From: Mycoplasmoides pneumoniae FH
GTDB lineage: Bacteria; Bacillota_I; Bacilli_A; Mycoplasmatales; Mycoplasmoidaceae
DNA length: 32,000 nucleotides
Direction: 5' to 3'
NCBI RefSeq assembly: GCF_001272835.1
Contig: NZ_CP010546.1
Span: forward strand, 212,809 to 244,808
The number at the start of each line of letters is the position of its first letter. Positions within the stretch are counted from its first letter, which is position 1. The notes below the pieces were generated by a model. That model worked only from the letters and a program-made list of their open reading frames with translations, did no database searches and had not been told where the DNA came from. This document shows positions 1 through 9,126 of this stretch, piece after piece. Both the position numbers and the translations under genes were made by a program.

Positions 1-24
1 CAAACAATTTAAAGTTAATGCCAT

Positions 25-1362
25 ATGAGTGACGTCAAATACTTACAGGTCGAAATTGTCGATAAAAACACCATTCGCCTCCAGGAAGATGGCAAAAAGG
101 GTCAACAAATTAGGTTAGATCAAATTATTAAGGTTGATCAAAGCAACATCTTAAACACTTTGGAGCAGGCACAACGCGAGGCATACGAAAGGGAGGCGCA
201 AAGCCGTTACCAAACTAAGTTGGCCAAAGAACTGAGTGAAAAAGACAACACTTTTTTAAAGCAAGAAGCAGCTTGAAACCAAGCGCACAACACGCAAATC
301 CAACAGTTATACCAACAAATTACTAACTTAGAAAATCAGGTTAACAACATCAAAAGGGAAACTGAAAGTAAAAAGGATAACGAATATCAACAACAAATAG
401 TTAAGTTAGAAACGCAGCTCCAAAGCATTAAAAAGGAGACCGAAAGTCAAAAAGACTTGGAATACGAACGTAAAGCAAATAAAACTAAGGAAGAAAATCA
501 ACAAGAATTAGAAAGACAACGCCAGTACTTTTTAGAACAGTTAGAACAAGCCCAAAAGGACATTGAAGAGCTCAAAACGCGTGAAGAGCGTTTTAGTAAG
601 TGAGCAATTGCCAAAAAAGGGAAGGAATTGGAAAAGTGGTGTTGGGAAGCTTACAAAAATTACGAAGAGTTGTTCCAAAACTGTGTGTTTGCCCCTTACA
701 GTGAGCTAGTTAAGGGTGCCAAAAAGAGCATAGGTGTAGAAGACGATGAGAGCAATATTAACGAAAAGGCTGACTTTATCTTTCAGGTATTTAATCCCAA
801 TAATGACAAAGAACCCTTCTTTTCAATTTGCTGTGAAATGAAAACAGAGTTTACTGAAAGCAAGAGTCGCACTAAAAACGAAGATCATGTCAAAAAACTG
901 ATTGCCGACGCTAAGCGCGCTAAGTGCCAATACGGTTTTTTAGTAAGTGAATTGGAACTCAACACTGAAAACGATGTCCAAGTGCAACGGATGCATACCT
1001 CGAACAGTGAAGTGGAGGTTTACCTAGTGCGCCCAATGTTCTTCATTGTGATGTTGCGGTTGTTTTACTTTTTGGCCAAAAAGATGTTTGCCCAAGTTGA
1101 TGTAAACAGCGAGTACTTAGATAAAGAAGCTTTAAATGCTAGCTTTAGCGATTTAAAGAAAAGCTTACTTGAAAAAACCTTTACTGATCTCAACAAGGTC
1201 TTTCAAAACAACATTGATGAACTAGAAAAGATTGAAGGATTAGTAACAAAGTTGAAAGCCGCTAATGAAAAGGCCTTAAATAGTCGTTTAAATAACTGGG
1301 AAGAAAAGATCCGTAAGTTTGAATTTAAGCTCAATAAAGACATTGTTAAAAAGCTTGAATAA
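25..1362 (+). CDS. DUF2130-like protein, about 445 aa. N-terminal Q/E/K-rich coiled coil; C-terminal core with a PD-(D/E)xK-like D...E-x-K arrangement.
   Basis: Track ORFs 25-276 and 628-1362 are in the same frame. The codons between them (277-627) contain no TAA/TAG, only TGA at 274 and 601. A TAA at 10-12 closes the frame upstream, so ATG 25 is the first start. The segment KADFIFQV...SICCEMKTE...HVKKLIADAKRA resembles the conserved DUF2130 core as I recall it. Confidence 0.75.
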
Positions 1363-1424
1363 GGTTCTTTTAAGTAGTCTTTTTAGGGTAGAAATTAGTT
1401 TCCAAAAACGGTTTTAAATTAGAG

Positions 1425-1451
1425 GCTTATTTTTAAAAATTCAAAATAAGC
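1425..1451 (+). other. AT-rich hairpin (9-bp stem GCTTATTTT / AAAATAAGC, 9-nt loop) between the first gene and the lipoprotein promoter. Possible weak terminator or operator.
   Basis: Perfect inverted repeat at 1425-1433 and 1443-1451, read directly. There is no U-tract immediately after it. It sits 4 nt upstream of a TATAAT box. Confidence 0.3.
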
Positions 1452-1454
1452 AAA

Positions 1455-1460
1455 TATAAT
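1455..1460 (+). promoter_or_regulatory. Candidate -10 box (TATAAT) for the His-rich lipoprotein gene.
   Basis: Perfect TATAAT hexamer at 1455-1460, 24 nt upstream of ATG 1484, in a 121-nt AT-rich intergenic region. Mycoplasma promoters depend mainly on the -10 element. Confidence 0.45.
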
Positions 1461-1483
1461 TAAACCGTCTTTTATCTGAATAT

Positions 1484-2446
1484 ATGAAACTAAATCTGCG
1501 ATTTCCTAGCTATTTTTTACCCGTCGTTGCCGCTAGTGCTTTCCTTGTTAGTTGCGCCACACCTAACACTTACGAAGTACAACGCGCTGCCTTGATTCAA
1601 CTAGTTGAAGAAGACGAACGACAAAACTACATTCAAAAGGGTAGTATAGGTGCAAATGCTGTTATGACTGCTGCAAAAGCAGAAACCAAAACAGCAGAAA
1701 AAACAGCAACTTCTACCAAAGCTGCTTCAATAGAACTTAAAAAAACTGATACTGATATTAAGACTACAACTACTACCGAAAACAAATCAGCATCCGGATA
1801 CAAACTAGATACCCTCTTTGGTGACTACATCTTGTGAGTAGTTGACCACCTTTCTGGTTTACTTTTCTCACCTAAGACTAATAACAGTACAACTACTCAA
1901 AAAATCCAACTCATTACCGAAGATAAGGTGATTTTAGACGGTGGTAACTTGACCGTGGAAAAAAATCATGAACATGGCCATACTCATAAAAATGGTGAAA
2001 CTCACGAACATGATCATGATCACCACGAAGGTGAAGAGGAAGTAATCGTTGGTCGTGCCCTTTCTTTTGCTAATGGTCTCTTCTTAGTTGTGGATCTTAA
2101 GGAAGAAAAACACGAAGAGAAGAAGGAAGCAAAATCTGAAATGTCAATGAACAGTAAAGATATGGTGATGATGACCAAAACTGAAATGATGTCTAAGGAA
2201 ATGAAATCCGAACAAAAAATGGAGAAGAAGGAGGAACACGAACATCATCACAAAAAGCTGAGCCTCAGTACCACGGCTTACAAGTTTGGTCAAAGCTTTA
2301 ACATCCTGGAATTTACTGGTGCTATGCACCACAAAACGGCACACAATAACGAAACCGAATTTAAAAATTTAGGCAAAAAATACGGTGGTATGACCGAGTA
2401 CACGATTGTCGACTTTGACTTTAATCCACCAAAACCAACTAAGTAA
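1484..2446 (+). CDS. Lipoprotein with His-rich and Met/Lys/Glu-rich tracts, about 320 aa.
   Basis: Track ORFs 1484-1837 and 1928-2446 share a frame and are joined by TGA 1835 with no TAA/TAG between them. The N-terminus MKLNLRFPSYFLPVVAASAFLVSC carries a signal peptide plus lipobox (LVS-C). Internal tracts: HEHGHTHKNGETHEHDHDHHEGEEE and MMTKTEMMSKEMKSEQKMEKKEEHEHHHKK. Confidence 0.85.
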
Positions 2447-2644
2447 ACGGCTTAACTAGCGCAAACAAGTCCCAATGCTTTTAGCTTGGAGCTTTTTTGC
2501 TGTTAGTAAGCTTCTTTTAACAATTAAATGGGTCTTTTAAAGTGACACAATAAGATCGCCAAAAAGCGGGGTTACTACTTTTTTGAAGTTGTTTAATTTC
2601 AATGATTATGGGAAAATAATAAGGCCTGCAAGCGGCAAACTAGT

Positions 2645-3031
2645 TTGGAAAAAGATAAGGAATTAGTCAGTTCAATTGTGACTGCTAAAAGCATGATTGA
2701 CCGGTTTTTCTGGTCTATTTTGAGCTTTCTGCTCACTAACTTAGTCTTTTTATTTGTGGCTTTTTTAATTCTGATTATTTACTTAATTTCCGAAATCACC
2801 CAACAGTTTGCCTTTGCTTTTATCGCAACGATTGTCTTCATCATTTTTTACAACATCCTCTTTTTGAGCTACCTGTTGACGATGTACATTAAAGGCTTAA
2901 AACAGATTGAGCAAAAGTCACGTTATTTACTCTTAGTGCTTGATGTTAAGGCTGATGAACTGCTTCCTTTCTCCTTTTTAGGTAGTTTAAGAAAGAGTCA
3001 CATGCTTGAAGAAATGTTGTTAGAGCAGTAA
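2645..3031 (+). CDS. Small integral membrane protein (2-3 predicted TM helices), 128 aa if the TTG start is used.
   Basis: The ORF frame opens after TAA 2594-2596. No ATG or GTG precedes TTG 2645; an alternative ATG lies at 2693. Hydrophobic stretches: FFWSILSFLLTNLVFLFVAFLILIIYLI and FAFAFIATIVFIIFYNILFLSYLL. I recognise no homolog. Confidence 0.6.
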   Translation: MEKDKELVSSIVTAKSMIDRFFWSILSFLLTNLVFLFVAFLILIIYLISEITQQFAFAFIATIVFIIFYNILFLSYLLTMYIKGLKQIEQKSRYLLLVLDVKADELLPFSFLGSLRKSHMLEEMLLEQ

Positions 3032-3036
3032 TTATT

Positions 3037-3045
3037 TGCTACAAT
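3037..3045 (+). promoter_or_regulatory. Candidate extended -10 promoter (TGcTACAAT) for the S10 operon.
   Basis: TGCTACAAT at 3037-3045, 79 nt upstream of the rpsJ ATG and directly after the stop of the upstream gene. Confidence 0.45.
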
Positions 3046-3121
3046 CTTAAGGCTTTGGTCGAAGTGGATACACCGACAAGCGTAGTCATTTTGACCATCA
3101 AATTTCACCCTTAAGAACTGA

Positions 3122-3451
<330 letters not shown>

Positions 3452-3464
3452 TTAAAGAGAGAGT

Positions 3465-4328
3465 ATGGAAATTCGTGGTATTTTTGGGGTTAAAGTAGGC
3501 ATGAGCCAGGTGTTTACAACCAATAATGAGCGCCTACCTATTACCGTTATTTATTGTGAACCTAACCAGGTAGCAGGTGTTAAGAATGAGGCTAAGGACA
3601 AGTACAGTGCTACCTTGTTGAGTTTTGACACCGTTGAAAACAAAAAGCTCAACAAGCCTCAACAAGGCTTCTTTGAAAAAAACAACTTAAAGCCAACCAA
3701 GCACTTACAGGAAATCCGCAATATGACCGGGTTTGAAATGGGGCAACAAATCACACCGCAAAATCTCTTCCAAGTGGGTGAGTATGTTGATGTAAGTGCC
3801 ATTAGTAAAGGTCGTGGGTTTACTGGTGCCATTAAGCGCTGGAACTTTAAGATCGGTCCGTTAGGTCATGGGGCTGGTTATCCCCACCGCTTCCAAGGTT
3901 CAGTCCAAGCTGGTCGTGGGGGTGCGAGTGCACAAAGAGTGTTTAAGGGCAAAAAGATGTCCGGACACTATGGTCATGAAAAAGTAACGGTACAAAACTT
4001 ACGCATTGTTGGTTTTGATGAAGCTAACATGTTGGTATTAGTATCAGGGGCGATCGCAGGTCCTGAAGGTGGTGTGGTCTTCATCCGTACCGCTAAGAAA
4101 AAACCGGGGGTAGTGAAACCAATTGAGTTAGCTGTTCAAACCGAAAAGGCACCGGAAGCAAAACCGGCCAAGCTTTCCAAAAAGAAACAAGCCAAGGAGT
4201 TAGCGAAAGCACAAGCAGCTAACCAGCAAACTGTTGAAGCTAAGGTAGACACTCCAGTAGTAGAACCAAAACCAACTGAAGTTAAAAAAGCAGCACCAGT
4301 TGTAGAAAAGAAAGGGGAAGATAAATAA
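3465..4328 (+). CDS. rplC: 50S ribosomal protein L3 (uL3) with a K/A/P/E-rich C-terminal extension.
   Basis: 287-aa ORF. The uL3 core ([10 protein letters not shown]..., [11 protein letters not shown]) is followed by about 75 aa of low-complexity tail. Confidence 0.97.
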
Positions 4329-4966
4329 TGGCTAAGCTTAAACTAATTAAAATCGACGGTTCCTTTGAAACTGAACCAGTGAAACTAAGCCCTGGTTTAA
4401 TTGCTAAGGAACTCAAACAACAACCGGTGTTTGATGCCGTGTTAGTAGAACAAGCTTCCTGACGCCAAGGCACCCATTCCATTTTAACAAAGGGCGAAGT
4501 CCGTGGTGGTGGTAAGAAGCCTTACAAACAAAAACACACCGGGAAAGCGCGTCAAGGTTCAACCCGTAACCCCCACTTTGTTGGTGGTGGCATTGTGTTT
4601 GGTCCCAAGCCCAATCGTAACTACAGCTTAAAACTCAACAAGAAAGCGCACACGGCAGCCTTGCACACTGTTTGGAGTGAAAAGTTAGCTTCAGACAACA
4701 CCCACCTAGTGGACCAAAACCTCTTTAACAAAACTGAGGGTAAAACCAAGGTGATGGTGCAATTTTTAAAGAGTGCCAAGCTCTTGGACAAAAACGTGTT
4801 GTTTGTAGTTAATACCCTTAACACCAACTTAGAACAAAGCACCAGCAACATTAAAAACGTGCAGGTCAAACACCTAGACAAGGTTTCTGTAAGGGATCTG
4901 ATGTTAGCTAACGCTCTTTTAGTTGAAAAAGAAGTTTTAAAAGCTTTGGAGGGCAAATTTAAATAA
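4328..4966 (+). CDS. rplD: 50S ribosomal protein L4 (uL4).
   Basis: ATG 4328 overlaps the rplC stop (TAATG). It is in frame with track ORF 4595-4966 through TGA 4460 (Trp). 212 aa, with [19 protein letters not shown] typical of uL4. Confidence 0.95.
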
Positions 4967-4968
4967 CC

Positions 4969-5682
4969 ATGGATGTAACGAACGTACTGCTAAAACCAGT
5001 TCTAACCGAAAAGGTGTACTTCAACCAAATGGGTGAAACCAAGAAGTACGTCTTTGTGGTGAACCCTAAAGCAAGTAAAACACGCGTTAAACTAGCTTTT
5101 GAATTAGTGTATGGCATTAAGCCACTGAAGGTTAACACCTTAATTAGAAAACCAACCACCATTCGCGGTGGGAGCCGTTTTCCTGGTTTGAGCAAACTAG
5201 AAAAGTTGGCTGTGATTACCTTACCAAAGGGTATTGCCATTTCAGTTACTGGTGAAGCGCCAGAAAAAACCGATAAGCCAGCGGACAAAACCACCCTTAA
5301 GGAAAGTACTGTTAAGGAGATTAAGGACACCAAAAACAGTCCAGAAGCTGTTGTGAAAACTGCTGTGGAAGCGTTGCAAATTAAACCAACTGCCGCTCCT
5401 GTAACCACCGCCCCTCTACAAACCGTGGCGGTGAAGGTAGCTAAAGAAGTTAAAGAAGTTAAGGTAGAAAAGCCGGTTAAAGTGGAAAAACCAACCAAAC
5501 CGGCAAAGGTAGCAAAAGAAGCTAAAACGACCAAAGTAGCTAAGGAAACTAAAGCTGAAAAGTCAGTTCAAACAACCAAAGTAGCTAAGGAAACTAAAAC
5601 TGAAAAGTCAGCTAAAACTACCAAAACTACAGCTACAAAAACTACTAAAACTAAAACCACCAAAAAGGAGGTTAAAAAGTAA
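4969..5682 (+). CDS. rplW: 50S ribosomal protein L23 (uL23) with a C-terminal K/T/A/E-rich extension of about 140 aa.
   Basis: 237-aa ORF. The N-terminal ~95 aa form the uL23 core ([11 protein letters not shown]...). The gene position between rplD and rplB is as expected. Confidence 0.95.
5530..5619 (+). repeat. Two tandem 45-nt units inside the rplW tail, encoding TKVAKETK(A/T)EKS(V/A)(Q/K)T.
   Basis: Unit 1 at 5530-5574 and unit 2 at 5575-5619 differ at only a few positions, by direct comparison. Confidence 0.8.
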
Positions 5683-6545
5683 TGCCTATTAAGAAAATTA
5701 TTAGTCGTTCTAACAGTGGGATCCACCACTCCACGGTAATTGACTATAAGAAGTTATTAACCACCAATAAGAACAAACCAGAAAAGTCGTTGTTAGTTAC
5801 CCTTAAAAAACACGGGGGTCGCAACAACCAAGGGAAAATTACGGTGCGCCACCAGGGTGGACGCAACAAGCGCAAGTACCGCATTATTGACTTTAAACGA
5901 ACGCACTATGACAACATCGAAGCGACCGTTAAGTCGATCGAGTACGATCCGAACCGTTCTTGCTTTGTGTCGTTAATTACTTACGCTAACGGTGCCAAGA
6001 GTTACATCATTAGCCCTGATGGCATTAAGGTAGGTGATAAGATCTTGGCTTCCGAACACCCGATTGACATTAAACCGGGCTTTAGTATGCCCTTAGCCTT
6101 TATCCCTGAAGGTACCCAAGTGCATAACATTGAACTCCACCCTAAGGGAGGTGGTCAAATTGCCAGGAGTGCGGGGAGTTATGCCCGCATTTTGGGTCAA
6201 GACGAAACTGGTAAGTATGTCATTTTGCAACTTTTAAGTGGTGAAACACGCAAGTTCTTAAAGGAGTGCCGTGCTACTGTGGGAGTAGTTTCTAACTTAG
6301 ACCACAACCTCGTAGTCATTGGTAAGGCTGGTCGCAACCGTCACCGCGGCATCCGTCCAACCGTTCGTGGTTCGGCCATGAACCCCAATGACCACCCCCA
6401 CGGTGGTGGTGAAGGTCGTAGTCCCGTGGGTCGGGATGCACCCCGGACTCCATGGGGTAAGCGCCACATGGGTGTGAAGACCCGCAACATGAAGAAAGCA
6501 TCCACTAACTTAATTATTCGTAACCGGAAAGGAGAACAATACTAA
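5682..6545 (+). CDS. rplB: 50S ribosomal protein L2 (uL2).
   Basis: 287-aa ORF with the conserved ...[17 protein letters not shown]... motif. An AAGGAGGT Shine-Dalgarno (SD) sequence lies at 5665-5672. Confidence 0.98.
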
Positions 6546-6808
6546 TGTCACGCAGTGCTAAAAAAGGAGCCTTTGTTGATGCTCACCTCTTAAAGAAAGT
6601 GATCGATATGAACAAACAAGAGAAAAAACGTCCGATCAAAACCTGGTCCCGTCGTAGTACCATCTTCCCCGAATTTGTCGGTAATACCTTTGCTGTACAT
6701 AACGGCAAGACCTTCATTAATGTTTATGTAACTGATGACATGGTGGGGCACAAACTCGGTGAGTTCTCCCCGACCCGTAACTTCAAACAACACACCGCTA
6801 ACCGTTAG
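6545..6808 (+). CDS. rpsS: 30S ribosomal protein S19 (uS19).
   Basis: 87-aa ORF with ...[27 protein letters not shown]..., typical of uS19. Confidence 0.98.
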
Positions 6809-6809
6809 T

Positions 6810-7289
6810 ATGATCGCCTTTGCAAAACAATTCCGTGTGAGAATCTCACCCCAAAAAGCCCGCTTAGTGTGTCAACTCATTGTGGGTAAGAAAACCGCTG
6901 ATGCCCAAAACATCCTTTCCAATACACCCAAAAAAGCGGCTACCTTAATCGCTAAACTACTCAACAGTGCGATTGCCAACGCTACCAATAACCACGGCAT
7001 GAATGGGGATGCCCTTTATGTCTTTGAGTGTGTGGCTAACCAAGGTCCGAGTATGAAGCGCACTATTCCCCGCGCTAAGGGCTCGAGTAACATGATTACC
7101 AAGCGCTCTTCTAATTTAGTGGTGAAACTATCGGATAACCCGAATGAACGTCAAGAATTAATTAAACAACAAAAGGCCCTAGTTAAAAAACGGGTCGAAG
7201 GTCAACAAAAAGCAAAGATGGCACGTCAAAAAGCAGTAACACCAGTGGTAAAAGCGCCAAGTAAAACTCAAGGAGGTGTACAAAAGTAA
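6810..7289 (+). CDS. rplV: 50S ribosomal protein L22 (uL22) with a C-terminal extension.
   Basis: The track ORF 6735-7289 overlaps rpsS. The internal ATG 6810 gives MIAFAKQFRVRISPQKARLV..., a canonical uL22 N-terminus, for a 159-aa protein. Confidence 0.93.
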   Translation: MIAFAKQFRVRISPQKARLVCQLIVGKKTADAQNILSNTPKKAATLIAKLLNSAIANATNNHGMNGDALYVFECVANQGPSMKRTIPRAKGSSNMITKRSSNLVVKLSDNPNERQELIKQQKALVKKRVEGQQKAKMARQKAVTPVVKAPSKTQGGVQK

Positions 7290-7290
7290 T

Positions 7291-8112
7291 ATGGGACAAA
7301 AAGTAAACTCCAACGGCTTGCGCTTTGGTATTAACAAAAACTGGATTTCGCGTTGAACCGCTAACTCCCACGCCCAGACTGCCAAGTGGTTAATTGAAGA
7401 CGAAAAAATTCGTAACCTCTTCTTTGTCAACTACCGCAATGCCCAAGTTTCGAACGTGGAGATTGAACGTACTCAAGCAACCGTGGACGTATTTGTGTAC
7501 GCCGCCCAACCCGCTTTTCTCATTGGTAGTGAAAACAAGAACATCCAAAAGATCACCAAGCAAATTAAGCAAATTATTGGTCGTACCACCAATTTAGACC
7601 TCACCATTAACGAAATTGGCTCCCCTATGTTATCAGCGCGCATTATTGCGCGGGATCTAGCCAACGCGATTGAAGCACGGGTACCGTTACGAACGGCAAT
7701 GCGCCAATCCTTAATTAAGGTGTTGAAGGCTGGCGCTAACGGGATTAAGGTGTTGGTATCGGGTCGGTTAAACGGTGCCGAAATTGCGCGCGACAAGATG
7801 TACATCGAGGGCAATATGCCACTGTCAACCCTGCGTGCTGACATTGACTATGCCTTGGAAAAAGCGCAAACTACGTACGGTGTCATTGGTGTTAAGGTAT
7901 GGATTAATCGCGGCATGATTTACACCAAGGGCTTAAACCGCACCCCGGCCCACATTCTCCACCCACAAAAGAAACAACCAAACCGCCAAAACCAACAACC
8001 ACGCCACTTTAACCAGGGCCAGGTGTTGAGTGCTAATAAGTTAACTGGTAGTGATGTGGAGACCAGCAGTATCCAAGCACTTACTAAGCCTAACAAGGAG
8101 GACAAACAATAA
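7291..8112 (+). CDS. rpsC: 30S ribosomal protein S3 (uS3) with a C-terminal extension.
   Basis: ATG 7291 gives [22 protein letters not shown]..., in frame with track ORF 7456-8112 through TGA 7354. 273 aa. An AGGAGGT SD sequence lies at 7271-7277. Confidence 0.95.
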
Positions 8113-8531
8113 TGTTACAACCAAAAAGAACAAAGTACCGCAAACCTCACAACGTGAGTTACGAGGGCAAGGCTAAGGGCAACAGCTATGTTGCTTTTGG
8201 TGAATATGGTCTAGTAGCTACTAAGGGTAACTGGATCGATGCCCGTGCCATAGAATCAGCCCGGATTGCCATTAGTAAGTGTTTGGGTAAAACCGGTAAG
8301 ATGTGGATCCGCATCTTCCCCCACATGTCCAAGACTAAAAAACCGTTAGAAGTACGGATGGGTTCTGGTAAGGGTAACCCGGAATTCTGGGTAGCAGTAG
8401 TAAAACAGGGCACGGTGATGTTTGAGGTAGCTAACATCCCTGAAAGCCAAATGATTAAGGCTTTAACCCGTGCTGGTCACAAGTTACCCGTGACCTGAAA
8501 GATTCTCAAACGCGAGGAGGTAAGTGCATAA
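8112..8531 (+). CDS. rplP: 50S ribosomal protein L16 (uL16).
   Basis: The track ORF ends at TGA 8496-8498. Reading through it gives W-KILKREEVSA and a TAA at 8529-8531. 139 aa, starting MLQPKRTKYRK, which is the uL16 signature. Confidence 0.95.
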
Positions 8532-8866
8532 TGACCGTTGCAAAAGAATTACGCCAAAAGAGTTCCGAAGAGTTGGTAAAACTCGTGATTAAGCTCAAAG
8601 GGGAACTGTTAGAGTACCGCTTTAAGTTAGCACACGGGGAGCTAGACAAACCGCACTTAATTAACCAAACCAGGCGGTTATTGGCTACCATTTTAACGAT
8701 TCTTACCGAGCGTAAGTTGAACTGACAAGAAGAACAAGCTAAGTACAAACTGCTCACTAAAAAAACGAACGAAGCAGCTGTGAATGCTTGGAAGCAACAC
8801 CTAGAAGCTAACAAAGCGAAGCTGTTAAAGTCACGTGCTAAACGCGAGGATGCTAGCAAGAAATAA
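8531..8866 (+). CDS. rpmC: 50S ribosomal protein L29 (uL29) with a C-terminal extension.
   Basis: The track ORF 8531-8725 ends at a TGA. Reading through reaches TAA 8864-8866, giving 111 aa. The N-terminal ~63 aa are uL29-like (ELRQKSSEEL...LKGELLEYRF). Confidence 0.9.
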
Positions 8867-9123
8867 TGAAACGTAATCAAAGAAAGGTCCTAATTGGGAT
8901 TGTTAAAAGTACTAAAAACGCCAAGACCGCTACGGTTCAAGTAGAATCACGGTTTAAGCACCCTTTGTACCATAAGTCCGTAGTGCGACACAAGAAGTAC
9001 CAAGCCCACAATGAGGGTGAAGTACTCGCTAAGGACGGGGACAAGGTACAAATTGTGGAAACGCGACCGTTGTCTGCAACCAAGCGCTTCCGCATTGCCA
9101 AAATTATTGAGAGGGTTAAATAG
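8866..9123 (+). CDS. rpsQ: 30S ribosomal protein S17 (uS17).
   Basis: 85-aa ORF with ...GIVKSTKNAKTATVQVESRFKHPLY.KSV... Confidence 0.95.
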   Translation: MKRNQRKVLIGIVKSTKNAKTATVQVESRFKHPLYHKSVVRHKKYQAHNEGEVLAKDGDKVQIVETRPLSATKRFRIAKIIERVK

Positions 9124-9126
9124 ACT

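Noticed and set aside
2480-2500. Possible rho-independent terminator AGCT-tgg-AGCT followed by T6, downstream of the His-rich lipoprotein.
   Set aside because: The stem is only 4 bp with a 3-nt loop, which is too weak to call. It is mentioned only within the spacer finding.
3046-3115. A 7-bp long-range inverted repeat, CTTAAGG (3046-3052) / CCTTAAG (3109-3115), enclosing the S10 leader.
   Set aside because: CTTAAG is itself a palindrome, so two copies automatically look complementary. The 5' arm also lies between the -10 box and the likely transcription start, so it would probably not be in the transcript. It is not counted as a structural element.
4959-5534. A 191-aa minus-strand ORF antisense to rplW. 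Similar long antisense ORFs lie at 4621-4956, 9386-9823, 11425-11823, 12574-13068, 12915-13502, 16547-16915 and 17005-17484.
   Set aside because: Each lies entirely opposite a highly conserved plus-strand gene. Their translations are low-complexity or hydrophobic with no recognisable motifs, no start context and no promoter. They are typical shadow ORFs.
6735-6809. The track places the uL22 start at 6735, overlapping rpsS by 74 nt.
   Set aside because: The N-terminal 25 residues ([11 protein letters not shown]...) are rpsS read out of frame. ATG 6810 gives the canonical uL22 N-terminus and the expected length of 159 aa.
7394-7597. Plus-strand 67-aa ORF, and other out-of-frame plus-strand ORFs (19352-19546, 24283-24507, 25675-25893, 28093-28296).
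   Set aside because: They are alternate-frame readings inside well-supported genes (rpsC, ecfA2, the methyltransferase, the lipoproteins). The K/R-rich translations come from reading A-rich coding sequence off-frame.
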